A stretch of DNA of 64,000 bases from Gemmatimonadales bacterium. GTDB lineage: Bacteria; Gemmatimonadota; Gemmatimonadetes; Gemmatimonadales; GWC2-71-9. A program made the position numbers and the translations under genes. Under the pieces are notes generated by a model. It searched no databases. It saw only the letters and a program-made list of their open reading frames with translations, and was not told the origin of the DNA. Position 1 is the stretch's first letter. Each line of letters begins with the position of its first letter. Of the stretch, positions 26,901 through 36,409 are shown piece after piece. The stretch spans positions 2,528,001 to 2,592,000 of the forward strand of contig OZ252244.1 in the NCBI GenBank assembly GCA_965249575.1, read 5' to 3'.

Positions 26901-28028
26901 CTTCATGCCCATCGCACGGAGAATGGGCGTGACGTCAAAGTTGGTATTAGGGGTGAGCGTACAGCGGAACTTACGCAATCGCGTTGGCGTGAGCCCCAGG
27001 TCCGCGGTCATCTTCTGGCCGTCGGTGTACGTCACCCAGTCTGCGTTCGCGTCGTCCCACACTTGAAAGGTGAGCGACGAATCGTCCGGCGTGTCGCCGC
27101 GTCCGACGAGCTCCACATCATCACCGGACGGCGCTGCGCCGAGGTCGAATAAGTTACCGCTGCTGAAGGTGATGGTCTGTTCGGTGAACGCCTTCGCCTT
27201 CAGTGTGAGTTTCGGAACGCCAGTCTGCGCTCCCAGGTCTTCGTACAATCCGTCGCTCCGATCGCCCGTGACCTTGATGAACTTGTGCTGCGACAGCGTG
27301 TTGCCGTTGCTGACGATGGAGGTGCCTGCAGCCGTATCGACTTGCCACCCGACGTTGGTTGCCGGGTTCCCGTCAGCGTCGAGGGCCCAGAGGAAGATGT
27401 AAGACCTGGGAACATTGGAGCCCGCGGCCACCGCGTCGGTATCGGGTAGATACGCCTTGGGTGTCGGTAGGAAGGACGAATTACCGACCAACGAGAACGA
27501 CACCACCCCGGCCGACGGACCGGCGGTGACTTTCACGCGATTGGTGATGGGATGAATGTGGAGCTGCGGGAACAACAGGGGCGTCGTGGTACGCGCGAAC
27601 AGATTGTAGGCGTTCACCCGCTCCTGCGCCAGCGCATACACTTGCATACCCCACTGGTCGACGTTCTTCCCGCTCTTCCCGTCTACATCGGGATCTAGGT
27701 ACAACTCGACTGCGGTTAGCGGCGTGTCGGATGCGTGCGTCCCACCCCAATTGATCTGCGCGACGAACCGCGGAGCGGTCTCGTTGAGGTCCGTGACATC
27801 GTCGTCTTCGGTGCCGTGCGTGACCAACGTGGACCCCGTACCCGTGATGACGACCCCACCGTCCCTGTTCGTCGTCATTCCCGACGTGCTGTCGGCCGCG
27901 TCCCACTCCAACTCCCGGACCCGCACATGCTCGTTGACGGAGACTTCCGCCTCGATGATCTGGCGCGCATCGCCCCCACGAGCAACCAGATGTTCAAGGA
28001 GATCGTTGTTGAGGCCAGGGCGGGGCAT
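23922..28028 (-). CDS. Large tail tip/fiber protein with C-terminal intramolecular-chaperone-like domain
   Basis: 1368 aa after distal tail gene; Gly/Thr beta-rich C-half; ends FINWSRTHMLVIGAVRQ...LE coiled coil. Confidence 0.75.
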   Translation of the reverse strand: MPRPGLNNDLLEHLVARGGDARQIIEAEVSVNEHVRVRELEWDAADSTSGMTTNRDGGVVITGTGSTLVTHGTEDDDVTDLNETAPRFVAQINWGGTHASDTPLTAVELYLDPDVDGKSGKNVDQWGMQVYALAQERVNAYNLFARTTTPLLFPQLHIHPITNRVKVTAGPSAGVVSFSLVGNSSFLPTPKAYLPDTDAVAAGSNVPRSYIFLWALDADGNPATNVGWQVDTAAGTSIVSNGNTLSQHKFIKVTGDRSDGLYEDLGAQTGVPKLTLKAKAFTEQTITFSSGNLFDLGAAPSGDDVELVGRGDTPDDSSLTFQVWDDANADWVTYTDGQKMTADLGLTPTRLRKFRCTLTPNTNFDVTPILRAMGMKDLTLYDLSDFAEVDGLDQQFDPITLKGKITEALIVVLATGSPGDTNDPMGDILVAHNLEAINFRLSIGHRSLARSKWLHIDTFLVDDYDLIPGGYRFYCVSPLITMRAALPKVGVSTVDALQYTNQTLTAVYDDLMDGQAGLAGKHRGPGINDSTTVTHRGIKDGDAKEELDNIAALAQYTTITSQGRLKAVEVNDGAPTKVHAIFPRSIVEPLHVTPGFRARLTDVRVKWKYNADADEFEDEERAFSGDAIVALGNTRIDKYEVDKSLSQWIDTQALAQSVGQRLVNAFGTGLILWEFRSSWPHPELELGDAIAIETDQFVARDPSQASDPLQARALRGTVWAFGRIQAIRDVWGTRFVVWIQSYANIQAGSTALSRLGFSRPEVLSAKALCDHAGNITVQVKCKSAGSVRVAGSTSAFPSRATTQAAGVVALGTGGNATTGTIISVLPTQNAFLSILAYEKSDGTGGESTDLYEEKYLTLLDGPPETTIAFGSLTATTLTVNMTAVLGNNGQGPLKVRYRSKVDTGNWTDWTAWLAAPQNGVTFTRHVKHTVTVQAQARDEGLPNFVGDVGFAHTDGPIVQHIAAPALPAISAIDGNTITQGAIIAAESFSATRVALGDAVSPTTGVALKIGTNYSGNGRRQLAVEGRITATANDQPNSIGVRVGTELAKGGFTGLEYAAFVVDATLSGSGTVTNYYGAFLSDPSLPAGALTNSYGLYIPDRAVGTNTWAIYTNLGKVRFGDAVTIVGQASPLLKLDQGGQDGDILRFASSDVAHGMTSIIPTDVYAAIRKFAGFQGGIQIRGFVETGSFIGAELFGVAGTGMTTKSASGKAPVMIHAEKKNGTTVQNLGTNENLCAFTLGGNTTRFILDADGDSHQDVGTVWTNFDPYPDVVLLDALSAGVSRPGDPLREHFRATLEAHRPELERLRLVTFNADGHHFINWSRTHMLVIGAVRQVAARVTELEQETLWQTLRRRLRARSSASLPMSSAV

Positions 28029-28029
28029 C

Positions 28030-28872
28030 CTACGGCCAGTCCGGATCGAGTTCTTCGACGGGCACTGACGCCGCACGGAATCCCCAACCCACCGGGAACT
28101 GGAAGTCGACGGCACCGCCTTCCGGGAGCACCCCGAGATAGGCCCGCTCGGCCCGGCTGGTATCGAAGGCCGTTACCATCGGAAACCCGCTCGCGAACCA
28201 GCCGTCGATGTGGGTCTTCGCCGTGCTGTAGGCCGCGAGGGACGTGAGCTTCACGTTCAATTCCCCGCTTCGTTGGATCGGCCCTGACGTGCGCCCGCGG
28301 TAGCCGGTACTGAGGCGGGTGGAGGGCGCCATCAGGCGCTTGCGTTCGTCGGACATCGGTTTCGCCAAGGCCCCCGGTTCCCACGTAGTGCCCAGCATGA
28401 GCCCAGGCAGAACCGGGCGCAGGTTCGCGCCCATTGCGGGAATCCGCACGCGCCAGTAGCGGCTGCTCGCGCTGGCGAAGCGTTTCATCCACGACCCTTC
28501 GGGGGTGAGCGCCCCGTTGGATGCCTCAAGGTCGGTGTCATCCGACACCGTGGATGGAATCGTGACAGTGAACACATCGGTATCGGAGGAGAAGTCGTTG
28601 GTGGATCGCTCAAGAACGATGGTATGACCGCCTAGGTTGTGCCCGCGTTCGATGTAGAGCATCGTCGCAGCCCGGACCGAGGCGCAGTCCACTTTGATCC
28701 AGGCCCCCGTGTTGTCGGCCGTCGGCGTCCATCGGTTCAACAACGGTTGGCGGCGACCGAGGCCGACACGGAACGCTTCAGCGCCAACCGTCTCGGTGTT
28801 CGCCGCGATCACATGTCCAGCGAATTGCAGCCGCGAGTAGAGATTCTCGACGAGGAAGGCGGGATCGGCCAT
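28030..28872 (-). CDS. Distal tail/baseplate protein with carbohydrate-binding-like fold
   Basis: Follows tape measure; RYWRVRI motif. Confidence 0.6.
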   Translation of the reverse strand: MADPAFLVENLYSRLQFAGHVIAANTETVGAEAFRVGLGRRQPLLNRWTPTADNTGAWIKVDCASVRAATMLYIERGHNLGGHTIVLERSTNDFSSDTDVFTVTIPSTVSDDTDLEASNGALTPEGSWMKRFASASSRYWRVRIPAMGANLRPVLPGLMLGTTWEPGALAKPMSDERKRLMAPSTRLSTGYRGRTSGPIQRSGELNVKLTSLAAYSTAKTHIDGWFASGFPMVTAFDTSRAERAYLGVLPEGGAVDFQFPVGWGFRAASVPVEELDPDWP

Positions 28873-30450
28873 TCAGCCTGACCTGAACGCTGAGCCGGAG
28901 ATAAGGAGCCCACCGGGGATCCGGTTGATGCGATCCACCCGCTCCCGACGCAACAGTTCGTACTCGACCATATCGACCAGTTCGCCCGTGCTCGCGATCT
29001 GGACGATGTTGGTGACTCGCAACGGGAACTCCTGAGCAACCGCCGGCTTGACTTCTACGACACTGACCGGAGTGGGCCGTCGGGGGCCGCCACCAAAGAT
29101 CGCACCGAAGATCCCCGCCCCAGCCGTCACAATGGCGCCAGCAAGTGGCCCGACCCCCGGAAGCGACGAGACGATCTGCGCCAGCATGTTCACGACAGCA
29201 CTTACCGTGATCTGGGTATTGCGAACGGCTGCCTCAGCCATGGAGCCCAAGGACGCGACGACGAGCGCCGCGTTGTTTTGAAAGCTCTCGGCTGCTGCCG
29301 CGAGACGTTCCTGCGTTTCCCCCTGGAGCTCTTCATTCGCGGCCTTCACGCGCTTTCCCGTAATAGTGATCTCTGGCAATCGGACGGCACCGGGCAACGT
29401 CCCGTCCGTTCCGCTCCCTCCTCCGTCGCTGCCCACCCGTGCGGCGATCTGCTTCGCGAGCTCATCGAGCTCAATTAGGGCACCCCGCGCGCTCGCTACT
29501 GCTTCATCCATGCTCGCGCGGATGAAGTCGCCCAGGAGCTTCGAGATGCCGACGACCCGAGAAAAGGCACCAAGGAGCGGTATTTTGCTGAGGAGGAGTC
29601 CGATCTGTTCGAGGACCGTGTAGAATCCGGCCGAGAAGGCGCTGGCCGCCGCGATGCCGAGGAGCAGGAACGCCCGTCGAATCTCCTTGCCGCTACCCGA
29701 GAGGATCGTCGTGAAGTTCGTGACGGCCTCGGTGAGGCTCTCAACGAACTCCTTGACGGCGCCCGATTCTTCCAGCAGCTCGCCGAGGCGCTCCTTGAAG
29801 TCGCCCCACGCGTTCGCGAGTTGACTCAATCGACCGGTCAGGGTTGTGGCCTTGGCTTGTGCAACTGCAAAGAACGTGCCGGTTTGGCCGAGGATCTGCC
29901 GGAGCTTCTCACTCTGGCTCGCGTTGACGTCGACCTGGATTCCGTATCGGGCGAGCGCATTCGTGGTGGAGCCCAGCGTCTTGCCGAGCACGAGCGCCGC
30001 GTTGTTCACGTCCCCCTTCAGGAAGGTGTCGGCGATCCCGACAATGGCGCGCTGCGCTTCAGCCAGCTGATCGGCTTGGAGTTGATCGGCGAGTGTCGCG
30101 AGCGACCCGGTGGCCGCGATCAACGCCTCGTCGCCAACGGTGGTGACCTGTTGAATGGCCGCTGCCTGCGCCTGGATGGCCCGCGACGCTTCTGCTGAGA
30201 ATCGTCCGGTCGCCTGCAAAGCAGCGTTCAGGCTGGTGACCGCTTCTTCCTGTTTCCCGAAAGCCTCGAGAACCTCCTGGGCACCGCGCACGAGACGCCT
30301 GGCGGCAAGCGCCGTGGCAAACCCCGCGAAGATACCCCGGAGGTTGAAGGCACTCCGTCCAATCGTCTTCAGTTGACGGTCGAACCCCGTGAGCGCCCCT
30401 CTCGCCCGGTCCCGTGCCGTGAGCGTAACGGAAACGCGAGCATCAGCCAT
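28873..30450 (-). CDS. Tail tape measure protein
   Basis: Ala-rich helical, 525 aa, after tail chaperones. Confidence 0.85.
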   Translation of the reverse strand: MADARVSVTLTARDRARGALTGFDRQLKTIGRSAFNLRGIFAGFATALAARRLVRGAQEVLEAFGKQEEAVTSLNAALQATGRFSAEASRAIQAQAAAIQQVTTVGDEALIAATGSLATLADQLQADQLAEAQRAIVGIADTFLKGDVNNAALVLGKTLGSTTNALARYGIQVDVNASQSEKLRQILGQTGTFFAVAQAKATTLTGRLSQLANAWGDFKERLGELLEESGAVKEFVESLTEAVTNFTTILSGSGKEIRRAFLLLGIAAASAFSAGFYTVLEQIGLLLSKIPLLGAFSRVVGISKLLGDFIRASMDEAVASARGALIELDELAKQIAARVGSDGGGSGTDGTLPGAVRLPEITITGKRVKAANEELQGETQERLAAAAESFQNNAALVVASLGSMAEAAVRNTQITVSAVVNMLAQIVSSLPGVGPLAGAIVTAGAGIFGAIFGGGPRRPTPVSVVEVKPAVAQEFPLRVTNIVQIASTGELVDMVEYELLRRERVDRINRIPGGLLISGSAFRSG

Positions 30451-30453
30451 CGG

Positions 30454-31094
30454 TCACTCGTCGGGAAAGAGGAGCTTCAGTTCGTCGCGTGTATGCTGCT
30501 CCACAGCTGGATCCTTGCCGGCAAAGCTCACGGCGATTGCGTGGGCGACCGCCGTACTTTCGTTGAGTCGCTCCATCGCCTGGATGCGGGGAATTTGACA
30601 GTACAGCAACCAGAACATCTGCCATGGGATCACCCCGTCCCGGGTTGGCCAGCCGGGCCCGCGGAGCGTCTGTGGACCGTAGACGCGAAGGAAGAGCGCG
30701 ACGGCGAACGCCGTATTGACCTGTGGGGATGGTTTGGGTTTCGCATCGGTCGACCGGGGAGCTCCCGCACCAAAATTCAAGACCTCGTCGCCGGTAGCTC
30801 GGCGGCTCCCTGCTGGCCCAGCAGGGACTGAAAAAAACTTGCGGTCGCCGCCAGCATGGCCGGTGCGGGGAGTGTAAGCACTTTGTCCTTCGGAAGGTCG
30901 AGCGCCTCGCACAACTCACCGGTGAGATCTCGAAACTCCTTGAGCGAGAGATCGTCCGCCTGGATCTGCGCGAAGCGGTCCTGAAACGGCTGCAGCTCGT
31001 CGAAGCTCAGCAGTTTCCCCGTATACGTCTCGCCACCGATGGTGATCGACGGCGGCGTCAGGGCACTAAGATACTCGTCGGCGTTGAAGCCCAT
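30454..31094 (-). CDS. Tail assembly chaperones G (30777-31094) and GT (-1 frameshift to 30454)
   Basis: T-TTT-TTT slippery site at 30831-30837 joins the two frames; between tail tube and tape measure. Confidence 0.8.
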
Positions 31095-31112
31095 GTGGTT
31101 CTCCTGAATAAC

Positions 31113-32111
31113 TCAATCGTAGGTCACCAGCGACCGGTTGGTTCCCTCGGGGCTGCAGAGGCCCGAGAGCGAGACATGCATGACGCCGTTCACGTCCTGG
31201 TACGCGGGTGCGTCGAGGATCGTCGCTTTGTCTGCGTCGATCTGCAGCCGGTTGTATTGCGTGCCGGTCCCGCCGGGGCAGTTGATCCGCAGGGCCTCGG
31301 CGGTCGCCCCGGTCCATTTCGTGAACTGGTTGTAGTCCGTGATCCGCATGCCCTCGAACGTGGCCCCGAACGTCACGCGCCGGGCCGTCTGGATGTACCC
31401 AGCCAGCCCGTCCGCGGCGTTGCCCGAGAGCCGGGGGGCAAGGGTGTTCTCGATCGCGACCGTCGCGTCCCGGACGACCGCGGTGGTGAACGCGCCAATT
31501 TGCCAGCCGGTCGCGGCCCCGAAGTTCGGCGCCACCGTGGTCTGATAGCTGGGCGCGTTGTCGGGCGCGTCGTCCGTCGGCTCCACGTACTTGCCGCGAA
31601 TCGTGAACTCGTAGATACCAGGCGACCCCGCCGGGAACCGCCAGGCGACCCGCGACGCGCGGCCCGCGAGCAGATCGTGCCGCACCCACACGCCGGTCTC
31701 GAGTGCCTGATAGCCGTAGCACGTCACGGTCTTCATCGAGGCGCTGATCGTGTCGTACGTGTAGTCCTCCGCCCCGCCGGTCGCGTCGAGTGTCGAGCGC
31801 ATGCCGGCGGCTTGGTTGATGGCGTCCGGCTCGGGCTTCGTACCCGCGTCATACGCGGCACCCGCTCCGCGGATGTGCAGCTGGCCCGTGATCTCGCACC
31901 ACTTCGCCCCCGGCTGCACCGGTGCCGCCTCGTCGAGCAGATCGTTCACGAGGCCCGGCCGCGCGTTGCTCTGCTCGGCGCCAAACGCGATCGTGGCGGG
32001 CTCGATCAGTTGGACCGCGTCGTTGGCCGCGTCGGGGACGGCGTCGGTGCCTTCCGTCGCCTCGACCGCGACGACGAGCGCCTGAATCTTTTGGATTTGT
32101 GTCTGCGGCAT
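31113..32111 (-). CDS. Major tail tube protein
   Basis: VEATEGTDAVP...; position; GGAGG RBS. Confidence 0.8.
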   Translation of the reverse strand: MPQTQIQKIQALVVAVEATEGTDAVPDAANDAVQLIEPATIAFGAEQSNARPGLVNDLLDEAAPVQPGAKWCEITGQLHIRGAGAAYDAGTKPEPDAINQAAGMRSTLDATGGAEDYTYDTISASMKTVTCYGYQALETGVWVRHDLLAGRASRVAWRFPAGSPGIYEFTIRGKYVEPTDDAPDNAPSYQTTVAPNFGAATGWQIGAFTTAVVRDATVAIENTLAPRLSGNAADGLAGYIQTARRVTFGATFEGMRITDYNQFTKWTGATAEALRINCPGGTGTQYNRLQIDADKATILDAPAYQDVNGVMHVSLSGLCSPEGTNRSLVTYD

Positions 32112-32114
32112 GGC

Positions 32115-32648
32115 CTATCCTCCAGGGGTGGTGTCGCTGACGCGCCACCCCGTCAGAATCCCCCCAACGACGAAGACATCCTCATGCGGCGCGGCCGCTG
32201 GGAGGAGATCGATCGACGTGATTCCACCCAAGGTCACGTTGTGCCTCGTGCGCGACGCCGCATTGGTGGGGTCCTCGAGGGTGTACAACGACTGCAGGAC
32301 GGCCCGTGCGGTGTATTCCCACTCTCGGAGCCCCACCTTCGTGTCGTCCTTCCGGATCGCATACCCGATCGCGACCGGGAAGCTGAGCGCGACCCACTTG
32401 TCATTGCGAATGCTGACATCGAGCGCGAACCGGTCGTGGACCGTGACCGTGAGGGCCGGGTAGTGCTTGGGATCCTGTGGGAACCGGTCACGCGCGACCT
32501 CGCTGTTCCGCGTCTCCGCCAGGATGCTTTGGATGTCCGGCGGCCGGATGTCGCCGCTCAGGATGTCCACGCCGGTCAGCTTCGCGTTCACGCCATTGGT
32601 CGCGTCGTCGAGCCACTCGGCGATCAGGTCGACCGTTTCGACGATCAT
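32115..32648 (-). CDS. Tail terminator-like protein
   Basis: Position before tail tube; YPALTV motif. Confidence 0.6.
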   Translation of the reverse strand: MIVETVDLIAEWLDDATNGVNAKLTGVDILSGDIRPPDIQSILAETRNSEVARDRFPQDPKHYPALTVTVHDRFALDVSIRNDKWVALSFPVAIGYAIRKDDTKVGLREWEYTARAVLQSLYTLEDPTNAASRTRHNVTLGGITSIDLLPAAAPHEDVFVVGGILTGWRVSDTTPGG

Positions 32649-32962
32649 GCATCGGCCAGGGTGATCCGGGTCAGCGCGCCATCGGGTGGCTCGCGCTTAC
32701 GCTCCCGAATCGCGTAGGTCCGGCCATCGACGGTGATCGGCTTGTCGACCTCGAGGTCGCGCAGGGCCCCGGTGCGGATGAGCAGGGTCTGCTCGCGCTG
32801 GACGATCGTCATGCCGGGCTCGAGCGATTCCACAACGTCTTGGTCCTCGATCGTCCCACGCACCGTCTGTGTGCCGTACGTGACATCGACGCCTATCAGC
32901 GGATCGGCGACCATGGCGTCGAGATCGGCACCGAAGTCGTAGCTCGTCACCGGACGTTCCAT
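32645..32962 (-). CDS. Head-tail joining protein (lambda FII-like)
   Basis: ITVDGRTYAIRE...DGALTRITL. Confidence 0.7.
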   Translation of the reverse strand: MERPVTSYDFGADLDAMVADPLIGVDVTYGTQTVRGTIEDQDVVESLEPGMTIVQREQTLLIRTGALRDLEVDKPITVDGRTYAIRERKREPPDGALTRITLADA

Positions 32963-33153
32963 TTCTTCCTACGCTTCCGCGGCTTCACCTTCGGGGGGGG
33001 CTCAGGTTCGATCTCGGCCGTGAGCCGGTTCGGGCCGACTCCCGGGGTGTCTGGAAGCTCCGCGCGGCCATCGGCCACGAGTCGTCTGGCCACATGGACC
33101 GGGAACTCCCGGAGCTCCCCCGCGTACGCCCCCACCGTACTACGCACCATCAT
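32947..33153 (-). CDS. Small head-region protein
   Basis: ARRLVADGRAE motif with basic tail. Confidence 0.55.
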   Translation of the reverse strand: MMVRSTVGAYAGELREFPVHVARRLVADGRAELPDTPGVGPNRLTAEIEPEPPPKVKPRKRRKKWNVR

Positions 33154-33370
33154 CAGGTCCGCTTGCTCCAGATCCGGACGTAGTCCAGGAGCAGCGTGCC
33201 CCGGCCCGCACCTGCGCCCTTGTCGAGCGAGAAGTAGGGCTGCATGACCGCTTCGGCGTCGGTCAGGTTCGACATGTCAAATGTCGTCCCATCGGCAACG
33301 CGCGCGCCGTGGATGTAGAACAACCCATCGGCGAGTGTGTCGCGGTATGGTGACGTGCTTTGGTTGTCAT
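33153..33370 (-). pseudogene. Internally deleted virion-associated beta-sandwich protein
   Basis: RBS + ATG MTTKARH is out of frame with FYIHGARVA...FDMS...QPYF...DYVRIWSKRT*. Confidence 0.6.
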
Positions 33371-33447
33371 GTCTCCCCCTCGACCGCGACCGATGCCCCG
33401 CTTACTGGGCCCCGCCGCGATGCGACGATCACGGTGAGAAGTTGTAC

Positions 33448-33474
33448 GGTGAGCGGGGCGTCGCCCCGCTCACC
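33448..33474. other. Perfect GC-rich hairpin after capsid/decoration genes
   Basis: GGTGAGCGGGGC-GTC-GCCCCGCTCACC; no U-tract. Confidence 0.6.
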
Positions 33475-33487
33475 ACCTCACGACGTT

Positions 33488-33961
33488 TTAGGCTACCGCC
33501 GTCGCCGGCGTCGCCTGTCCGTACCTCGGGCCGAACACCCGAATGTGGATGCCGCCCACGAGTGCCGCGTTGACCGACTCGACGCATACGCATCGCGCGT
33601 ACCCGTACCCGTCGGCCGCCAACGCTTGCGCATTGATCACGCACTCGTACCGTTGGCTCGACCCGGGCGTTGTCGTGAAGCCGGTCGCCGTAGCTGCCGT
33701 GATCGCGCCTGGCGTGTCCGCTGACGTGTATCGTCGATAGTTGAACGCGACCGCGTTGGTCGTGGTCGGCACCGCGTCGTCACATGCCTCAATCGTGATC
33801 GTGGTCGTGCCGGTCGTGCCGACCCCCCAAAAGATGGTAAACAAACACCAATGCCACGCCTCGAGGTTCACGACGTCCGAGTTGACGGTCCCCGAGAACG
33901 CATCGGCTACCGGGTCGAGGCCGGTGACAAGGTGCGTGCCGTTGAGCGGGTTGCCATGCAT
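33488..33961 (-). CDS. Capsid decoration/cement-like protein
   Basis: Thr-rich, 157 aa, immediately after capsid gene. Confidence 0.6.
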   Translation of the reverse strand: MHGNPLNGTHLVTGLDPVADAFSGTVNSDVVNLEAWHWCLFTIFWGVGTTGTTTITIEACDDAVPTTTNAVAFNYRRYTSADTPGAITAATATGFTTTPGSSQRYECVINAQALAADGYGYARCVCVESVNAALVGGIHIRVFGPRYGQATPATAVA

Positions 33962-33994
33962 TGCACTTCTGTCCTTTCTCCGGTCGGCCCGGGG

Positions 33995-36409
33995 TTAGGC
34001 GCGGGTTGCCAGCGCGACGAACGGGCTGAGCGTGTTCGTCCCGTTCTTGGGGGTGAGCGCCGAGTTCCAGGCCGGCTGGCCGTCGATGCGCATGGTGAAG
34101 CGGAAGATCTGCTCTTCTTGCAGGAACCGGACGTGAATGGACACCGCCCGGTTGACCCCGCCTTTGTCGATCACCTCGTACTGACTGAGATCCACGAACA
34201 GGATGTCGCCGACGGTCCCGAGGGTCGCACAGTACTCGACCGCGAAGAGCGGCCGGCCCATCAGCGTGTTGAACGGCGCGCCGCTCACCCCACCAGCCGG
34301 CATGAAGACCGCCTGACCACCACCCGTCCCGACCGTGAGCCCCATCGTGAAGAGCTGGGGTTCAATGTCTTGGTTGATGAGCCACACCGCACTACTCCGC
34401 GACCGGGCCCACATCCGCGCGTACATGTTGACGATGTTCTCGACCTGGATGGTCGCGGCGGTCTGGCTAGTCTCCTTCGCCACAGCGATCAAGGCCGGTG
34501 CGTTGAGGATGCCCAGTGGCATGCCGGCACCCGTCCCGTTGACCACGGCGTCTTCCGCTTTGAAGTTCAATTCGAGGGGGACGACGCGATCGACCGTCGA
34601 CGCCAAGGCCGTGGTATCCACCAGCAGCTCGTCGGTGGCGTAGACGGCCGCGTGGACCTTGTTCAGCTTGAGGTGGATTTCCGCGAACGTCGGGGCGCTG
34701 GCCGTGATGGTCGATGCCTCCGCACCCCAGTAGCCCCGCACCCCACCGAATCGGGACCCATCCGCCCGGCTGGTCTCGTTGATCCCGTGCTTCTTCAGAC
34801 TGTTGGAATGAGGACCGATAGGGGTTCGGGTCGTGCGATTCAACACCTCGCCGCTCTCGTACACCCGTTCCAGCATGCCACTCGCGATCGTGGGCTGCAC
34901 AAGGTAGCCGCCATCCGAGTCGATGCCTTCGCTGGTTCCGGTCGCGGCCTTGAGGTCGAGCAGCCGCGGATCCGTCCGTGCGGGAGACACCGCGGCCGTC
35001 CGCACGGCGACGAGTTGTTCCGTGAGCGATGCGAAGGGTCTGTCGAGTTCGCGATCCTTGATGCCGGTGACGGGCGGTGGATCTTTCGTGCCCTCCGCCG
35101 CCGGTTGCGTGATGGGGATCGGCTTCATCCCCTCGAGGATGTCGGCGCGGACCTGATCGATGCGGGCACCCGTCTCAATCCATGCGGTGATCCGATCCTG
35201 GTCGATCGTGTGCCGTGCGCCGAGCTGTGTGATGATGCTCACCCGCTCGCGCTCGGCCTTCAGCACGTCCTCGGTCTTCGGGGCCCCTGCCGGGGCCGCA
35301 ACCGTGTCTTCCTTCACTGTGCGGTCCTCCTGGTTATCGGCCGTGCGAGGGGCCGGGGTATCCTGCGTCCGTAGTGACGCGGAGAGTTGATGCGGTCGGA
35401 GTCGGAGCCCAGACAACGCGTCGGCTCCTGTAATGGTCTGTCCGGCAAGGCCGATGAGGTGTTCGGTGGCCAAGAACTCGATCGCGCGAGGACTGACGGC
35501 CGCGATCGGGACCGGTGTAGAGCGGGCCATGACCATCCGACGCCGAGCCCCCTGTGTCCCTTGGAGCCGCTCGACGACGTCCTCGAAGCTGCCGAGGCGG
35601 TCCGCGAGGCCCTCGGCCACTGCCGTCTCGCCAACCAACACCCCCCCGCGACCGTACTTCGTGAGCACGGTTTTCTCTGGCACGCCCCGATTTTCGGCAA
35701 CCGCCGCAATAAAGACGCTGGCGACTTGATCCACGATCGCTTGAATGCGGGCCCGGCCATCCTTGGTCAGCGGATCGATGCCCTTGTTCGGGGTTTGGCT
35801 GGAGACGATCTCAATGACGCGGACCCCTTCCGCCTCCTCCGCAGCCCGGGTGTCCACGAACGTCATGATGGCTCCGATCGATCCCAGCAACGCGGTATCA
35901 GCCGCCACGATCTCATCGGCGGCCGAGGCCAACCAATAGGCGGCGGACCCTCCGAGGCCCCCGATGTAGGCGACGATCGGCTTGAGGCCACGCTGCGCGG
36001 CAATCATTCGCGCCAGCTCCGAGACGCCGTTCACTTCGCCGCCGGGGCTGTCGATGTTCAGCAGGATCGCGCGCACGTCCTCGTTTTGCACCGCTTCGGT
36101 GAAGTCCATTGCGAGCGTCTGGTAGGATGTTGCCCCACTCACCTCGGTGAACATGTTGGCGTAGCGGAAGAGCGGGCCAGCGACTGACAGCACCGCCACG
36201 CCATCACGCACAGCGACCTGGTCGGTGTTCTCAAGGTTCTCTCCGAGCCGCGCCTCGATCGCCTTGACGGATTCGTTGCTTCGGTTGACGATCGCGAGGA
36301 TGGTCTCAAGCGCCTCGGGGGTGATGGCCCACGGGGTCCCGAGCGCGAAGTCCAGCACCCGCCGCGCCGGCTTCCGACTACCGACCGTCAGTTCCAGCTG
36401 ATCGCTCAT
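33995..36409 (-). CDS. S49 prohead protease fused to HK97-fold major capsid protein
   Basis: IDSPGG, SAAYWLAS, GSIG (S49); DGGYLV...TLMGRP...FVALATRA (capsid); internal GGAGG-GTG at 35317. Confidence 0.9.
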   Translation of the reverse strand: MSDQLELTVGSRKPARRVLDFALGTPWAITPEALETILAIVNRSNESVKAIEARLGENLENTDQVAVRDGVAVLSVAGPLFRYANMFTEVSGATSYQTLAMDFTEAVQNEDVRAILLNIDSPGGEVNGVSELARMIAAQRGLKPIVAYIGGLGGSAAYWLASAADEIVAADTALLGSIGAIMTFVDTRAAEEAEGVRVIEIVSSQTPNKGIDPLTKDGRARIQAIVDQVASVFIAAVAENRGVPEKTVLTKYGRGGVLVGETAVAEGLADRLGSFEDVVERLQGTQGARRRMVMARSTPVPIAAVSPRAIEFLATEHLIGLAGQTITGADALSGLRLRPHQLSASLRTQDTPAPRTADNQEDRTVKEDTVAAPAGAPKTEDVLKAERERVSIITQLGARHTIDQDRITAWIETGARIDQVRADILEGMKPIPITQPAAEGTKDPPPVTGIKDRELDRPFASLTEQLVAVRTAAVSPARTDPRLLDLKAATGTSEGIDSDGGYLVQPTIASGMLERVYESGEVLNRTTRTPIGPHSNSLKKHGINETSRADGSRFGGVRGYWGAEASTITASAPTFAEIHLKLNKVHAAVYATDELLVDTTALASTVDRVVPLELNFKAEDAVVNGTGAGMPLGILNAPALIAVAKETSQTAATIQVENIVNMYARMWARSRSSAVWLINQDIEPQLFTMGLTVGTGGGQAVFMPAGGVSGAPFNTLMGRPLFAVEYCATLGTVGDILFVDLSQYEVIDKGGVNRAVSIHVRFLQEEQIFRFTMRIDGQPAWNSALTPKNGTNTLSPFVALATRA

